Assembly: GCA_049521795.1 (NCBI GenBank)
Contig: JBEKOM010000002.1
Coordinates: 224,940 to 288,939, forward strand
Direction of reading: 5' to 3'
Length of the DNA: 64,000 nucleotides
Source: Candidatus Bathyarchaeia archaeon
GTDB lineage: Archaea; Thermoproteota; Bathyarchaeia; Bathyarchaeales; Bathycorpusculaceae
Shown here: piece by piece, positions 1 to 10,212 of the stretch
Layout: each line of letters begins with the position of its first letter
Position numbering within the stretch: the stretch's first letter is position 1
Translations under genes and position numbers: made by a program
The notes under the pieces: generated by a model
Seen by the model: only the letters and a program-made list of their open reading frames with translations
Told to the model about the DNA's origin: nothing
Database searches by the model: none

Positions 1-371
1 ACGATAGCTTCGGCGATCTGCTGTTTGACTGTATACACGGGGTTCAACGCAGATTTGGGATCCTGAAATATCATGGAAATGTTGTCTCCGCGCACTTTTC
101 TGAGGTAGGCGTCTCTTTGCCGCAGCAGGTTTATCCACTGGTCATCCCTTCGCAGAAGAATTTTTCCGCCTTCTATCTTTCCAGGAGGGGGGACGAGAAC
201 CAGTTCTGAGAGACCCGTTACAGACTTGCCGCAGCCCGTTTCTCCGACCACGCCCAAGGTCTCTCCTTCTTTTATGTACAGATTTACTTCGTCTAACGCT
301 TTGACTACCCCTTCATACGTGTAGAACCTTAGGTCCAACTTTTTTATTCGAAGAAAAGTTTCTTCGCTCGT
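1..371 (-). CDS. dppD: Dipeptide/oligopeptide ABC transporter ATP-binding protein (runs off window; probable non-canonical ACG start)
   Basis: Manual translation: (M)SEETFLRIKKLDLRFYTYEGVVKALDEV...GETGCGKS (Walker A)...ISMIFQDPKSALNPVYTV; follows dppC. Confidence 0.9.
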
Positions 372-372
372 G

Positions 373-1737
373 CTATTTCCTCCTCAACGTTGGGTCGAGT
401 ATGTCTCTCAATGCGTCTCCGAGCAGGTTCCATCCCATGACGAATAGCGATATGAAGGCGCCGGGTATTATGAAAGTGTACCAGTAGAGAAATGGGTTTG
501 ACGGTGGGCCGTATATGTAGTTTTGAGACACGGCAATAATCTGTCCCCAATCCGCGTACCCTTCAGGAGCGCCTAAGCCGAGGAAACTTAGGGCTGCAGC
601 CGCTAAGACTATTGTTCCTATATCCAGTGAAAAAACCACCAGTACTGGGTAGATCGAATTTGGCAGGATGTGTCTGCCAATGATTCTGGCGTCTGAGCAG
701 CCTACGGATTTTGCTGCTTCAACGTAGTCCTCGTTCTTGATCCTCAGTACTTCTCCTCGTATCAGTCTTGCATAACCCGGCCAGCCTACTATGACCATCG
801 CGATCATCACTGCATCCAGACGCGCGAAGCCTATGGGCACAAGAACAACGACCAATGTCATGCACAATATCAGGTACGGAAAAGCAAAAATGATGTCCGT
901 GAACCTCATCAAAACCTCGTCTATCCACCCTCCATAGTAGGAAGCGATGATTCCGATAAGCAGACCTATAATCAGGGAAGAGCCGGCCACGTAGACTCCT
1001 ATACGGAGCGCCGAGCGCGCGCCCCAGATAACCCCGTAATAAATGTCGTACTGGCTGTCCATGGTGCCGAAAGGATGCGCCGCACTTGGAGGCTGTGGCT
1101 TTCCGACTCCCATTATCGCCAGAAGATTGCGGTCAATCGGAATCATGTTTGGGTCGCCTCCCTGAGTCACATCTCCGGGGTGCGCTAGGTAAGGAGCAAG
1201 GATTGCCATCAAAACGAAGAATATGATGATCGAAAGTCCGATGATTGAAAGGGAACTTTTTCTCATGAGCTTCAGGCTGAACCGCAACTCTTTGATCCTA
1301 GGACCTATCTCCGTCCTGAACTTCTGAAAAACGGCGCGCACCGTTCCGCCGCCGAATAGGGGCATCACTGAAGGTCTCGTCAAATAGTAGAGCACTGCAA
1401 AATCTAGGACGACACTTAATGCAAATGGTGTCCAAGAGCCTCCGTAAACGGTCAGCAGCCCAAGTTTCGCGGCCACGTCGATGCCCGAGAAGGCTAAGGC
1501 TGAAACCCATCCGATAGCTTCTCCTCCGCGAAGGTTGTAAAAAACATACAATCCAAGCAGGCCGAAGGCCACTAGGACAAGGCCAGTGTAAAGGCCATTA
1601 ATCGATGGAATAAATGTTTCCAGCGGATTTCCAACTGTGAACAGGAGTACACCAAAGATCAGTTCTGTTAGAGCTATTGCAGCTGAAAGCAGTATGAGCA
1701 GCCTTAATCCTAACGGTCTCTGTTCTGGCATTCTCAT
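373..1737 (-). CDS. dppC: Oligopeptide ABC permease DppC with extra N-terminal 4-TM domain
   Basis: PPSAAHPFGT, YVEAAKSVG EAA loop, HILPNS, LLGDALRDILDP. Confidence 0.92.
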   Translation of the reverse strand: MRMPEQRPLGLRLLILLSAAIALTELIFGVLLFTVGNPLETFIPSINGLYTGLVLVAFGLLGLYVFYNLRGGEAIGWVSALAFSGIDVAAKLGLLTVYGGSWTPFALSVVLDFAVLYYLTRPSVMPLFGGGTVRAVFQKFRTEIGPRIKELRFSLKLMRKSSLSIIGLSIIIFFVLMAILAPYLAHPGDVTQGGDPNMIPIDRNLLAIMGVGKPQPPSAAHPFGTMDSQYDIYYGVIWGARSALRIGVYVAGSSLIIGLLIGIIASYYGGWIDEVLMRFTDIIFAFPYLILCMTLVVVLVPIGFARLDAVMIAMVIVGWPGYARLIRGEVLRIKNEDYVEAAKSVGCSDARIIGRHILPNSIYPVLVVFSLDIGTIVLAAAALSFLGLGAPEGYADWGQIIAVSQNYIYGPPSNPFLYWYTFIIPGAFISLFVMGWNLLGDALRDILDPTLRRK

Positions 1738-2771
1738 CCTAACCTTATCCTGGGGTCGATGTACGCGTACAGCACGTCAACGATCAAGTTTGAGAAAACA
1801 AAAATGACGGCGCTCATGAGCGTGTAGCCAATTACAGGAGGGATGTCAAGTATTTGTGCTGACGTCGCAGCGTATTGTCCTATGCCGCCCATGTTGAAAA
1901 CTGTCTCGGTTATGACGACTCCGGTCAACAACCCTGCAACCATCATGCCAGAGATCGTTATCGCTGGAATCAAAGCGTTTCTCCTGGCGTGTATGTTGAC
2001 GACTTCTTTCCTGCTGAGCCCCTTCGCTTTTGCAGCAGTTATGTAGTCCTTTCCAAGCGCCTCCAACATGCTAGACCGAGTCACCCTTACTAAGAGAGCC
2101 GAATTAAGCAAGACAAGCACAGTCACAGGAAGGACCAGGTGTCTGAGGCCATCCACGAATACCCAAAACTGTCCGTTTATCAGCCCGTCAATGGTAACGA
2201 GGCCAGTGTGCCAGTGCCAACCATTGATCGGATTGCCAATGTAAGTTCCGACTTCCTGCCCCCACCTCCCAGGGGGAAACCATCCTAGGCCAGCGTAAAA
2301 TACTGACAGTAGAACTATACCAAACCAGAATGAGGGGAGAGATGTCCCCATTATTGCAATGACTCTTGAGGCCTGGTCCACGAATTTGTCCCTGTTTGCC
2401 CCGGCAAGCACGCCGAGCGTCAGGCCGACCAAGACTATTAATGGAGCAGAGAACAAAACAATTTCTGCTGTTGCTGGCAACCTCATCATTATGGCTTGAA
2501 AAACAGGCACACCATGACTGTCGAACCCGAGACTGCGGTCGACGAGCAACACGTTCATCCAGTGGTAGAACTGAACGTAAACGGGGTCGTACAGACCGTT
2601 ATCTCTTGCTATTTGTTGAAGGCTTCCCGCGGTCCTTATGTTCGTAATGAACAAAGTTGCCCGAACCAGAGGAGGAATAAACTGTATAACCGCAAAAATG
2701 AAGACCACTGCTCCCAAAAGGACAGGTATGGCTAATAGGAGCCTTCGCAAAACGTATGTTCTCAATCCCAT
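1734..2771 (-). CDS. dppB: Oligopeptide ABC permease DppB
   Basis: YVLRRLL start, RSSMLEALGKDYITAAKAKGL, HARRNAL, NLIVDVLYAYIDPRIR. Confidence 0.93.
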   Translation of the reverse strand: MGLRTYVLRRLLLAIPVLLGAVVFIFAVIQFIPPLVRATLFITNIRTAGSLQQIARDNGLYDPVYVQFYHWMNVLLVDRSLGFDSHGVPVFQAIMMRLPATAEIVLFSAPLIVLVGLTLGVLAGANRDKFVDQASRVIAIMGTSLPSFWFGIVLLSVFYAGLGWFPPGRWGQEVGTYIGNPINGWHWHTGLVTIDGLINGQFWVFVDGLRHLVLPVTVLVLLNSALLVRVTRSSMLEALGKDYITAAKAKGLSRKEVVNIHARRNALIPAITISGMMVAGLLTGVVITETVFNMGGIGQYAATSAQILDIPPVIGYTLMSAVIFVFSNLIVDVLYAYIDPRIRLG

Positions 2772-2902
2772 ATCGGTCGAGTAAGCTTAGCCCAAACTAA
2801 ACATATAACTTTGTCGGAAACGCATAAAACACGGATAAACGTCGTATAATGCGCGAAGGAGTCTCCCAGTCGCCCAAGCCGCTGCAAAGGGCTAGTCGTT
2901 GC

Positions 2903-3553
2903 CTAGTTACGAGTTCTCTTGTGCCTGACCCCTTCTTTTCTAAAGACGCTAACAACGAGTGTGATGCCTCCGAAGATGCCAAGCACTCCGCCTCCAGAAG
3001 CTAGGAGAGTGTAGGTTTCACTGTTCGAGGATACTTCTTGATAGAAAACGAAAAAGTCTGGCGCTGCGTCAATCACCCACCCCTCGTCAAGAACACGAGC
3101 AGTATACGTGCCGCTCTCCTTAACCGAGAAACGTATCTTCCCAGAAGTCGTATCGACGCTTAGACTGTTGTAGTCTGCGTTCTCGTAGATGACATCAACG
3201 ATTGCAGGAGGGGTACCTTGGTGGTAGTACTGGCTACTCGCGGACAAACTGAAAAAGAAGGCTTGCAAACTCGTAACGGCGCCTCCAGGAGAGGTTATCG
3301 TCACATTCACGGGTTGCGCAGCCGTGAACGCACCGTTATCAAAAGGCACACCCCAAGCAGCGTTCGACTCGATATAGACCCAGTACGTATTCCCCCTTGT
3401 CAAGTTACAAGCAAAGTACCACGCGCCCACTTGGGTCTTATTATCCCCAGCGTCAACTGACTTAACGTTTTGCAGGTTAACCGCACCGACAGCTACGCAT
3501 ATTATGCCGAGCAGCAACAGTGTCAACCCGAAATATGATAGCTTCCTCATCAA
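2903..3553 (-). CDS. Hypothetical membrane-anchored protein
   Basis: N-terminal signal/TM, beta-rich middle, C-terminal TM with basic tail. Confidence 0.7.
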   Translation of the reverse strand: MMRKLSYFGLTLLLLGIICVAVGAVNLQNVKSVDAGDNKTQVGAWYFACNLTRGNTYWVYIESNAAWGVPFDNGAFTAAQPVNVTITSPGGAVTSLQAFFFSLSASSQYYHQGTPPAIVDVIYENADYNSLSVDTTSGKIRFSVKESGTYTARVLDEGWVIDAAPDFFVFYQEVSSNSETYTLLASGGGVLGIFGGITLVVSVFRKEGVRHKRTRN

Positions 3554-3858
3554 CTGAAGCTCTCCATGACTTTCGCGACGTTACTCTAGCGTAATACAGC
3601 AAAAACGAATTCATTAACCTTCTGATTATATACGGTGTAACGATGGTTTGCCATTCACGATCAGAAAAGTTAAGACTAAGCCGAAAACCTGTTGCCTAGA
3701 AATACGGCGGAAACGGACAGATCAGAAAGCCACATCAGACGGCTCGGTTTATTTAGAGTCACACATCCTCGGATCAACGTGCTTAAATAATGGAGGCTCA
3801 TCGCATACACAAACAGAGTGTCGAACCTTCAGAAAGAAAAAGAAGCCGGTTAGACTTC

Positions 3859-4410
3859 ATGAGGATTAGCCGTGGCAACGTTGCGACATCGATTGCTTTC
3901 GTTTGCCTAGTCGTTGTTGCTTTTTGGCTTCCTTCTGCCCAAGCGCAGGGTGAAGGAAACGCAAGGCTTACGCAGGTGAAGTATCAAGCAAGAATCCCTT
4001 CAGGCACCCCGGACGCTTGGAGCTTCACAGTGCATAACACAAACTGCTCAGAGAACGATGAAGGCATGGCGCATTTTTTCTTCGAATTCTACGTTGATGA
4101 TTCTTTGTCCTTCGACGAATACAACTCCACGGCGTACAGAACTTGGAACTGCACAAGGGGGCAGACGGTATCCAACAGTTATAGGGTTAATGGCTGGTCC
4201 ACGATCGCGCCTGTGACTTATGATCTTAGAATTGAACTTTACTGGTTTCACAACGGCACGTCCCGTCTTGAAGACACAGCACTGTTTAGGGTCGGGGTCT
4301 CAGTTTTCATGCCTCTGCAAAACATCTACGCAACCAGCTACTTCGCGCTCTACCTGATAGCCTGCTTTTTGCTGCTCATGTACGACTACGTGCTTAGTCT
4401 TGAACAGTGA
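3859..4410 (+). CDS. Hypothetical secreted protein with C-terminal TM
   Basis: Signal peptide ending SAQA after ATG 3859; hydrophobic C-terminus. Confidence 0.65.
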   Translation: MRISRGNVATSIAFVCLVVVAFWLPSAQAQGEGNARLTQVKYQARIPSGTPDAWSFTVHNTNCSENDEGMAHFFFEFYVDDSLSFDEYNSTAYRTWNCTRGQTVSNSYRVNGWSTIAPVTYDLRIELYWFHNGTSRLEDTALFRVGVSVFMPLQNIYATSYFALYLIACFLLLMYDYVLSLEQ

Positions 4411-4525
4411 GGCGAGTTATCAGCAAATTGGGCCTTGTGCGAAACTCTTGCTAAGGAAGATTCTCTCGCGTTTTAAGAATGGCTCGCCGACAGGATTTTA
4501 TCCTCTGGTCTAGTTATGATTTTCT

Positions 4526-5326
4526 GTGAAGCCCATGTCTGCAAGAGCTCGAGTTATCATTTGCTTCATTCTTTTTGCCTTGGCTCTGGGTCTCCATCAG
4601 ACCTCTAATCTAGTCCCAAACAGTAACTCCTCGCTCGGTTGGGTTTCAACCCTAGCCCTTCTTGCGACCGCAATTATCCCGTTTCTCTTTTTAAGAGCTG
4701 AGAAGCTAAGCTTTGGCCAACATGGTTTTGTGACTCCTAAGGGGGCACGAAGGCTGTTGACAATGTCCCTGTTTCTCGCAGTTCTCTACTGTCTGATAAT
4801 TCTCTTCGTGCCTGGAGGTGCTTCAGGGTTTGAAGCCCTTCCAGCCGTGCCCCTGTCTTGGGACCTCTTCTTCGGCGGCTGCAGCATCCTGTTGGCCAGT
4901 ATAGCTGCTGAAACGATCTTTCGAGGCTTCGTTCAAACAGAACTTACGAACGTGTATGAGTTCTTCACAGCCCTGATCGTCGTTTCTGCAATGTTTACGC
5001 TCTACACGCTTCCGATAACGTTGTACTTCACTTCCGATTCAGCGACAATCCTGGGACAGTTGTTACCCGTTTTTGCCGAGAGCGTTTTTCTCTGCTTCCT
5101 CTTTACAGAAACGAAGACTCTGTTGTGCCCGATAGCTTTCTCAGCGACGGTTACGCTGCTGCAAACGTTCACTCCTCTTCAGCTACCGTTTGGCGAATAC
5201 CCGACTGCGGTTGCGGTCATAACTTACGCGGTTCTGGTCCTGGTCATGCAATCCTACGTCTCTCACGTTAAAGAGCATAGTTGGAGACTCGATGAAGCCC
5301 CCGTTGAAGACTCCGATCAGCAGTAG
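4526..5326 (+). CDS. CPBP/Abi (CAAX protease-like) membrane protein with degenerate catalytic motifs
   Basis: Multi-TM; AAETIFRGFVQ at the EExxFRG position; His motifs absent. Confidence 0.7.
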   Translation: MKPMSARARVIICFILFALALGLHQTSNLVPNSNSSLGWVSTLALLATAIIPFLFLRAEKLSFGQHGFVTPKGARRLLTMSLFLAVLYCLIILFVPGGASGFEALPAVPLSWDLFFGGCSILLASIAAETIFRGFVQTELTNVYEFFTALIVVSAMFTLYTLPITLYFTSDSATILGQLLPVFAESVFLCFLFTETKTLLCPIAFSATVTLLQTFTPLQLPFGEYPTAVAVITYAVLVLVMQSYVSHVKEHSWRLDEAPVEDSDQQ

Positions 5327-5432
5327 AGGCCGTGTGTGTGCTTCATAGACGCGTAAATGGCACACCTTGGAAAAGCAACCAACAAGATTTTAAGTATAGA
5401 GCGCGTCATGTATACATAGGGGAGAGGACAAG

Positions 5433-5687
5433 TTGCAGCCGGCCATGTGGGTAGAGATGAGTTGCCCCGACCACGGCTTGGAACGTTTCAAGATAAAAGT
5501 CATCAAGAAGTACAACGTCAACAAAGAGTTGATCGAGCCGAAGTTCAGGACAAAGCCCAAGCATGAACTTGCCGGGGTAGTTGTTGGAAAGAACGTGAGC
5601 CACCGAGAAGTCAGAGACTACCTAATGGAGTACTTCAGAGAAGCAGGAATGATGGACAAAATCCTGAGCATGAGGTTCCAACTCTAG
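5433..5687 (+). CDS. Small hypothetical protein (CPxHG motif)
   Basis: Compact globular-looking ORF with GGAGAGG upstream. Confidence 0.7.
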   Translation: MQPAMWVEMSCPDHGLERFKIKVIKKYNVNKELIEPKFRTKPKHELAGVVVGKNVSHREVRDYLMEYFREAGMMDKILSMRFQL

Positions 5688-5902
5688 CAACCCTGTTCTT
5701 TAGACGTTCAAGAAGAACTTTAAGGTTAACCTGGCTAATGCTCAGAAGCAACAGCAAGATGTCCCACAGGACTTTGTTCCTGACAGTGTTATCTTTTCCC
5801 ACCCAAGCATCATGGGTATGTCTCCACGCAACATTAGATTTGAATTGGCCTTGTGACCCTTCAAAAACTTGCACTACGGGGCGCGGGCTGTTGTGTGCAC
5901 TC

Positions 5903-5930
5903 TAGAGGACAATTCCATAAGTTTTAACTA
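5903..5930 (+). promoter_or_regulatory. Operator A (TAGAR-N5-TTCCA) plus TATA box
   Basis: TAGAG GACAA TTCCA TAA GT TTTAACTA; same spacing at 4 other surface-gene promoters. Confidence 0.65.
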
Positions 5931-5966
5931 TCAGATGAACACTCAGTTTATTGGGAGGGGAGGTAC

Positions 5967-7571
5967 TTGAGAGTGGGCTCATTGAGATTATTGATTCCAG
6001 CAATGATTATGGTCGTTGCTTTGTCCCTGTGCCTTTCCGGTTATGTTGCTCCTGTACACGCTGCGGAGCCTAGCCTCATAGACATCTTCAATCAGCTTGG
6101 CTTCACGAATGTGACCCAGACAGCCATTGAAACCTTTCCAGCAGGAACGTACAACATCACGCTGTACGCCAAGTTCGCTACTTATGTAGCTCTGAATGAG
6201 CTGAGCTATTATCAGGTTAACACAACCACTTTCATCGTTATCTTCGCACCTTCTGAAGGTGGATACGGATATCTCACTCCTCCTATAACAAAGACGTTCG
6301 AGGCAGACTACCAGTTCGGCCTTTCCCTATTCACGTGGCTACAAACCCGTTATTATTCTGAAACGCCACTAAACCCTAACGGCGAACTGCACCACGAGGT
6401 GTACAGAAACCTCAACGATCCCAGCATGCTTCTGATAGGATACGACGAGCGTTCGATCTGCAACCAGAGCGGAGATCAAGACTTCAACGACATGGTCTTT
6501 TCGCTTCAGCTAGAACACTACCTCCAAGTGACTTCGCCTTATGACACTCCGGGCGGCGAGGGATGGTACTATAATGGCACGAACGCGTTTGCCTCCTTGG
6601 CCGACGGCGTTGTTGATTATGGAAATGGAACACGCCGAGTTTTCACTCAGTGGAGCGGCGACGCAACTGGAACGGACTATTCCAAGAGCAACACGATCTA
6701 CATGGACCAAAACAAGACGGCCATGGCCGGCTGGAAGACCCAAAACTACCTGACTGTTAAAACCGACCCAACGGGCATTGCCACTATCCCAGGGCAAGGT
6801 TGGTACGACCAAGGACAAGGAACACCGTTAACGGCTCCGTCGGTTTCAGGCTACTTCTTTGCATACTGGGATGTTGACGGTGTCTCCCAAGGCAACGGGG
6901 TGAACCCGATAACGGTCACTATGAACGGGCCGCACACAGCCACGGCTCACTACAGGCAACCGTACACACTCACAATTCAGACGACGCCAGGCGGATCAAC
7001 AAGCCCGCCTCCGGGAGGCTACAATTACAGCCCAGGCTCATCGGTCCAAGTTACGGCAGTTCCAAGCACAAACTATGTTCTTGACTACTGGTCGCTCGAC
7101 GGTGCGAACGTAGGTTCTGCGAACCCTTACACTGTCTTAATGGATAAGAACCACACTCTAGAGGCAGTGTTCAAGTCCTCCCCTCCAATTGTTGTTTCCA
7201 TAAGCCCCATGTCGAGCAGGGTCTTGTTAGGCCAAGCGGTGGTGTTCACGTCGACAGTATCCGGGGGAATCGCCCCGTACAGCTATCAATGGTACCTTGA
7301 CGGTAGCTCCGTTCCAGGGGCAACGTCAAGCGGCTGGACGTTCACTGCAGCGACAATAGGCATACATTATGTGAAACTCGTAGTGACAGACTCTAAAGGC
7401 AGCACAGGCGAATCAGGCTCCGCACGCGTCGAAGTGACAGCCGTGCCTGTGGGAGGCTACTCAGTCTCAGTGAAGGGGCAGGCAACGGCAAAACCCTTGG
7501 CGACCTACTTATCTTTGCTCGGAGCGTCGACAATAATTCTCACAGCAGTCAAACGCAAACGTCGCAACTAA
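5967..7571 (+). CDS. Cell-surface protein: DUF4114-like domain, beta-sandwich repeats, PKD-like domain, PVGG motif plus TM anchor
   Basis: Signal peptide; DQDFNDMVF; GEGWY/GQGWY repeats; VPVGGYSV then TM and KRKRRN. Confidence 0.8.
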   Translation: MRVGSLRLLIPAMIMVVALSLCLSGYVAPVHAAEPSLIDIFNQLGFTNVTQTAIETFPAGTYNITLYAKFATYVALNELSYYQVNTTTFIVIFAPSEGGYGYLTPPITKTFEADYQFGLSLFTWLQTRYYSETPLNPNGELHHEVYRNLNDPSMLLIGYDERSICNQSGDQDFNDMVFSLQLEHYLQVTSPYDTPGGEGWYYNGTNAFASLADGVVDYGNGTRRVFTQWSGDATGTDYSKSNTIYMDQNKTAMAGWKTQNYLTVKTDPTGIATIPGQGWYDQGQGTPLTAPSVSGYFFAYWDVDGVSQGNGVNPITVTMNGPHTATAHYRQPYTLTIQTTPGGSTSPPPGGYNYSPGSSVQVTAVPSTNYVLDYWSLDGANVGSANPYTVLMDKNHTLEAVFKSSPPIVVSISPMSSRVLLGQAVVFTSTVSGGIAPYSYQWYLDGSSVPGATSSGWTFTAATIGIHYVKLVVTDSKGSTGESGSARVEVTAVPVGGYSVSVKGQATAKPLATYLSLLGASTIILTAVKRKRRN

Positions 7572-7902
7572 GCCTCGATAAATCATAGCGTGCCCCCGCT
7601 TCACTCTGAGTTGCCTAGAGGCGAAAGGCATCGTCTTGGTTACCCTCACTACACTGCCTCCGCCAAGTTCTCAGCTATGATCATTGTTTTTCAAGAGGCT
7701 CCGGTAATGTGGACGAGAAGTATAAGACTTCTCGAGAATCTCATCGATTGTTACACGTCAAGCGCCTACGCACCGGCAAGAACAGATTTATCGGACGAAT
7801 TCTACGAAAGAGGTCTGGTTGAAAAAAGTCGCTGGCCGACTGAGGGAGCGTAAGACTGTTAAGGATTTAACATCCCTGTTTTGGATAGAGGTTTGTGTTT
7901 GA

Positions 7903-7959
7903 GCGCGCGCGCTGAGCAAGTGCATGTGAAGAATCGTTAGCTCTTCTAGAACGCGCGCG
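7903..7959. repeat. Pair of (GC)n palindromes (7903-7912, 7952-7959) flanking 39 bp
   Basis: GCGCGCGCGC and CGCGCGCG read directly. Confidence 0.9.
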
Positions 7960-7967
7960 GATGCGAG

Positions 7968-9380
7968 TCATGGGAAGTGTTGTAGGAAGTGGTTTCCCAG
8001 TATTATCGCGTCTAAGATGTTTACGACGTTGTCGCCGTTGATGTCTGCGTTCGGGTTCCAGTTTGAACTGCTCGGGTTGGAGAGAAAGGCGTTGCCAAGT
8101 TGTATGGCATCCAAAATGTTGACTATGCCGTCGCCGTTGACGTCGCCGGGGATTGTGACTGATACGTACGTGCTGGAATTTTTGTCGGCTGTGTTTATGT
8201 CGTACGGCAATGGAGTGACGTGGGCTAGTAACGTGTAGTTGCCGTAGCTCAGGGTTGAGGTGTTCCATGGGAAGGTCAGGGTTTCGCTGCCTCCGCTGAT
8301 CAAGGCTGTTGTTTGTGTGTCGACGAGGTTTGTGCCGCTTACGTTGCTCACGCTGTAGTATAGCGTTACGTTGAACGTTTCTGTGTCTTGGCCATTGTTT
8401 TTGAGGGACACGGAGACGTTTATTCCACCCAGCGAGTATTCTATCGGTACTGAGGTTCTGTAGGGGCTAACACCGGTTGCGGCTATGTCTCTTGTGCCAA
8501 CGTAGACGCTGAGGCTGATGTTCTTGTCGGATAGGTCCGTTTCGCCCGGAACCAGTGTTGCTGTGGCGTTCAGTGTATACTCTCCTATGGGCATGGATGT
8601 GGTGTCCCACGCATAATATAGGGTTTGACTTCCTCCTGCTGCCAGGTTTAAGACTGTTTGTGTTCCGATGGGGTTGCTATCGTCGAGTAGGGTCACGTCG
8701 AAGGTTTCTGAGACTCCGCCTCTGTTCTCAGCGGTCACGTTGATGTAAGCCATCGAGCCTTGGGGAATGTTTATCGGAGTTGCCAAGTCGCTTACGGTCA
8801 CGTGAACGAGTCCTGCGTAGGCCCAGCCGTCGACCGATGTGAAGGAGATCTCGTTCGGCGGGTGAGCTGAATCTAGGAGCTGGATACCATCCAGGTGCAG
8901 GGTTGAGCCTCCGCTGCCTACGACCACGAAGTCGATGGATGCTACGCTTCCGCTTCCGCTTACTCCTGTCACGTTTTGTCCAATAATGAAACGAGCATCA
9001 GCCAAGAGTATTACGCCGCACGTATCGTTGTAGTTGTTTGTGAAGTTGGCCACGACGAAGAATGTGCTGACCCCTTCCTCTTGGAGGAAGGGCCCTTCAG
9101 TCGCGTTAGCCTCTAGCGTTATTCCGTCGGATCCTAAATGCGTGCCCAAGTTTAGAACTGCCTTTTGAAAGAATAGGCTGAATTGCCAACCCCTCAGGTC
9201 GGTCACGTTTGAAACCGTTACGTTCACCGTGAAGGCGTCGCCGATGTGTAGGCCAGCGACGGCGCCAGGCTCAAAGCCAACCATCGTCGTCGGTGACTGA
9301 AGCCCTGTTCCTTGGCGGAGAGGAAGCAAAAATGATAAGAATATTGTAACGAGTACTACAAGAACGACCTTATTCCACAT
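7968..9380 (-). CDS. Secreted cohesin + 2x CARDB + dockerin protein
   Basis: FTVNVTVSNVTDLRGWQFSL...GSGSVASIDF (cohesin); NVTAENRG..ETFDVTL (CARDB); duplicated GDVNGDGIVNILD / ADINGDNVVNILD (dockerin); start ATG 9380 after GAGGAG. Confidence 0.85.
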   Translation of the reverse strand: MWNKVVLVVLVTIFLSFLLPLRQGTGLQSPTTMVGFEPGAVAGLHIGDAFTVNVTVSNVTDLRGWQFSLFFQKAVLNLGTHLGSDGITLEANATEGPFLQEEGVSTFFVVANFTNNYNDTCGVILLADARFIIGQNVTGVSGSGSVASIDFVVVGSGGSTLHLDGIQLLDSAHPPNEISFTSVDGWAYAGLVHVTVSDLATPINIPQGSMAYINVTAENRGGVSETFDVTLLDDSNPIGTQTVLNLAAGGSQTLYYAWDTTSMPIGEYTLNATATLVPGETDLSDKNISLSVYVGTRDIAATGVSPYRTSVPIEYSLGGINVSVSLKNNGQDTETFNVTLYYSVSNVSGTNLVDTQTTALISGGSETLTFPWNTSTLSYGNYTLLAHVTPLPYDINTADKNSSTYVSVTIPGDVNGDGIVNILDAIQLGNAFLSNPSSSNWNPNADINGDNVVNILDAIILGNHFLQHFP

Positions 9381-9424
9381 ACGCTCCCGTTCTCTCCTCA
9401 ATGCTAAATGTACTCTCTGCACAT

Positions 9425-9452
9425 TATTTAAACGCTGTGGAACTATCCTCTA
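9425..9452 (-). promoter_or_regulatory. Operator A plus TATA box
   Basis: TAGAG GATAG TTCCA CAG CG TTTAAATA on minus strand. Confidence 0.65.
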
Positions 9453-10045
9453 CAGTTTACTTCTCTTTTTCTTAAAATGATGACTAACAAAGTTGAGACT
9501 AAAAACAGTGGTAGAGCCAGGGCGACGGGAAACTCTGGAACCACGGTGACTTCACCGTCGGCTGAAGTGAGAGGGATTGAAGCTGGGGTTGGGTCGCTGA
9601 GTTTTACGTCGTAAAGGTGCAGGATTCTCGGTCCGGTCGTCGCCGTGGATTTGAACGTGGCTGTTGCCAGGGTTCCGCTTCCATTGACGCCCGGTGAGCT
9701 GGTTTCCATGGACAAGCAGACGACGTTTAAGAGGCCGTGTGTAGCGTTGTAGTTGTCTGTGAAGTTAGCCACTGCAAAGACCGTGGTGCCTCCCTTCTTG
9801 AGGAACGGCCCTTCGACCACTTTTGTTCCGTTGAGGACGTCGTTTGGGTAATACAACTTGAACTCGTAGGCATATAAGTTCTCGACGTTCTCAACTGTTA
9901 TGTTTAAGCTGAAGCTAGCGCCTACGTTCGGAACCGTCAGCGATGCTGGGACCACCTTAACCGTGGCCTGCTGCGCGGACGTTCGTGTCACAGTCAAACT
10001 TGCAAGTGCAAGTGCCATAAAAAGCAACAGCATTTTCCCCTTCAA
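9443..10045 (-). CDS. Single-cohesin protein with PEF-CTERM anchor (anchoring scaffoldin-like)
   Basis: FSLNITVENVENLYAYEFKL...GSGTLATATF; C-terminal VPEFP + TM + RKR. Confidence 0.85.
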   Translation of the reverse strand: MKGKMLLLFMALALASLTVTRTSAQQATVKVVPASLTVPNVGASFSLNITVENVENLYAYEFKLYYPNDVLNGTKVVEGPFLKKGGTTVFAVANFTDNYNATHGLLNVVCLSMETSSPGVNGSGTLATATFKSTATTGPRILHLYDVKLSDPTPASIPLTSADGEVTVVPEFPVALALPLFLVSTLLVIILRKREVNCRG

Positions 10046-10212
10046 GTGTTGTCAACCCTTAACGCTTACAAATGTTCTCGTCACCCAAATAAACTTCGCG
10101 TTCCCCATCTGATTTTCAACATGAAAGAGCGATGATCAATATTTAGTTTCTGTGGGTTTTAAACAAAAAAAAGGAGGTTCGTGACTCTGCTAGTCACTAC
10201 AGCTTCTGCTTT

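Noticed and set aside
1015-1022. (GC)4 run inside dppC
   Set aside because: Encodes the conserved WGARS motif in an intact gene; not a junction.
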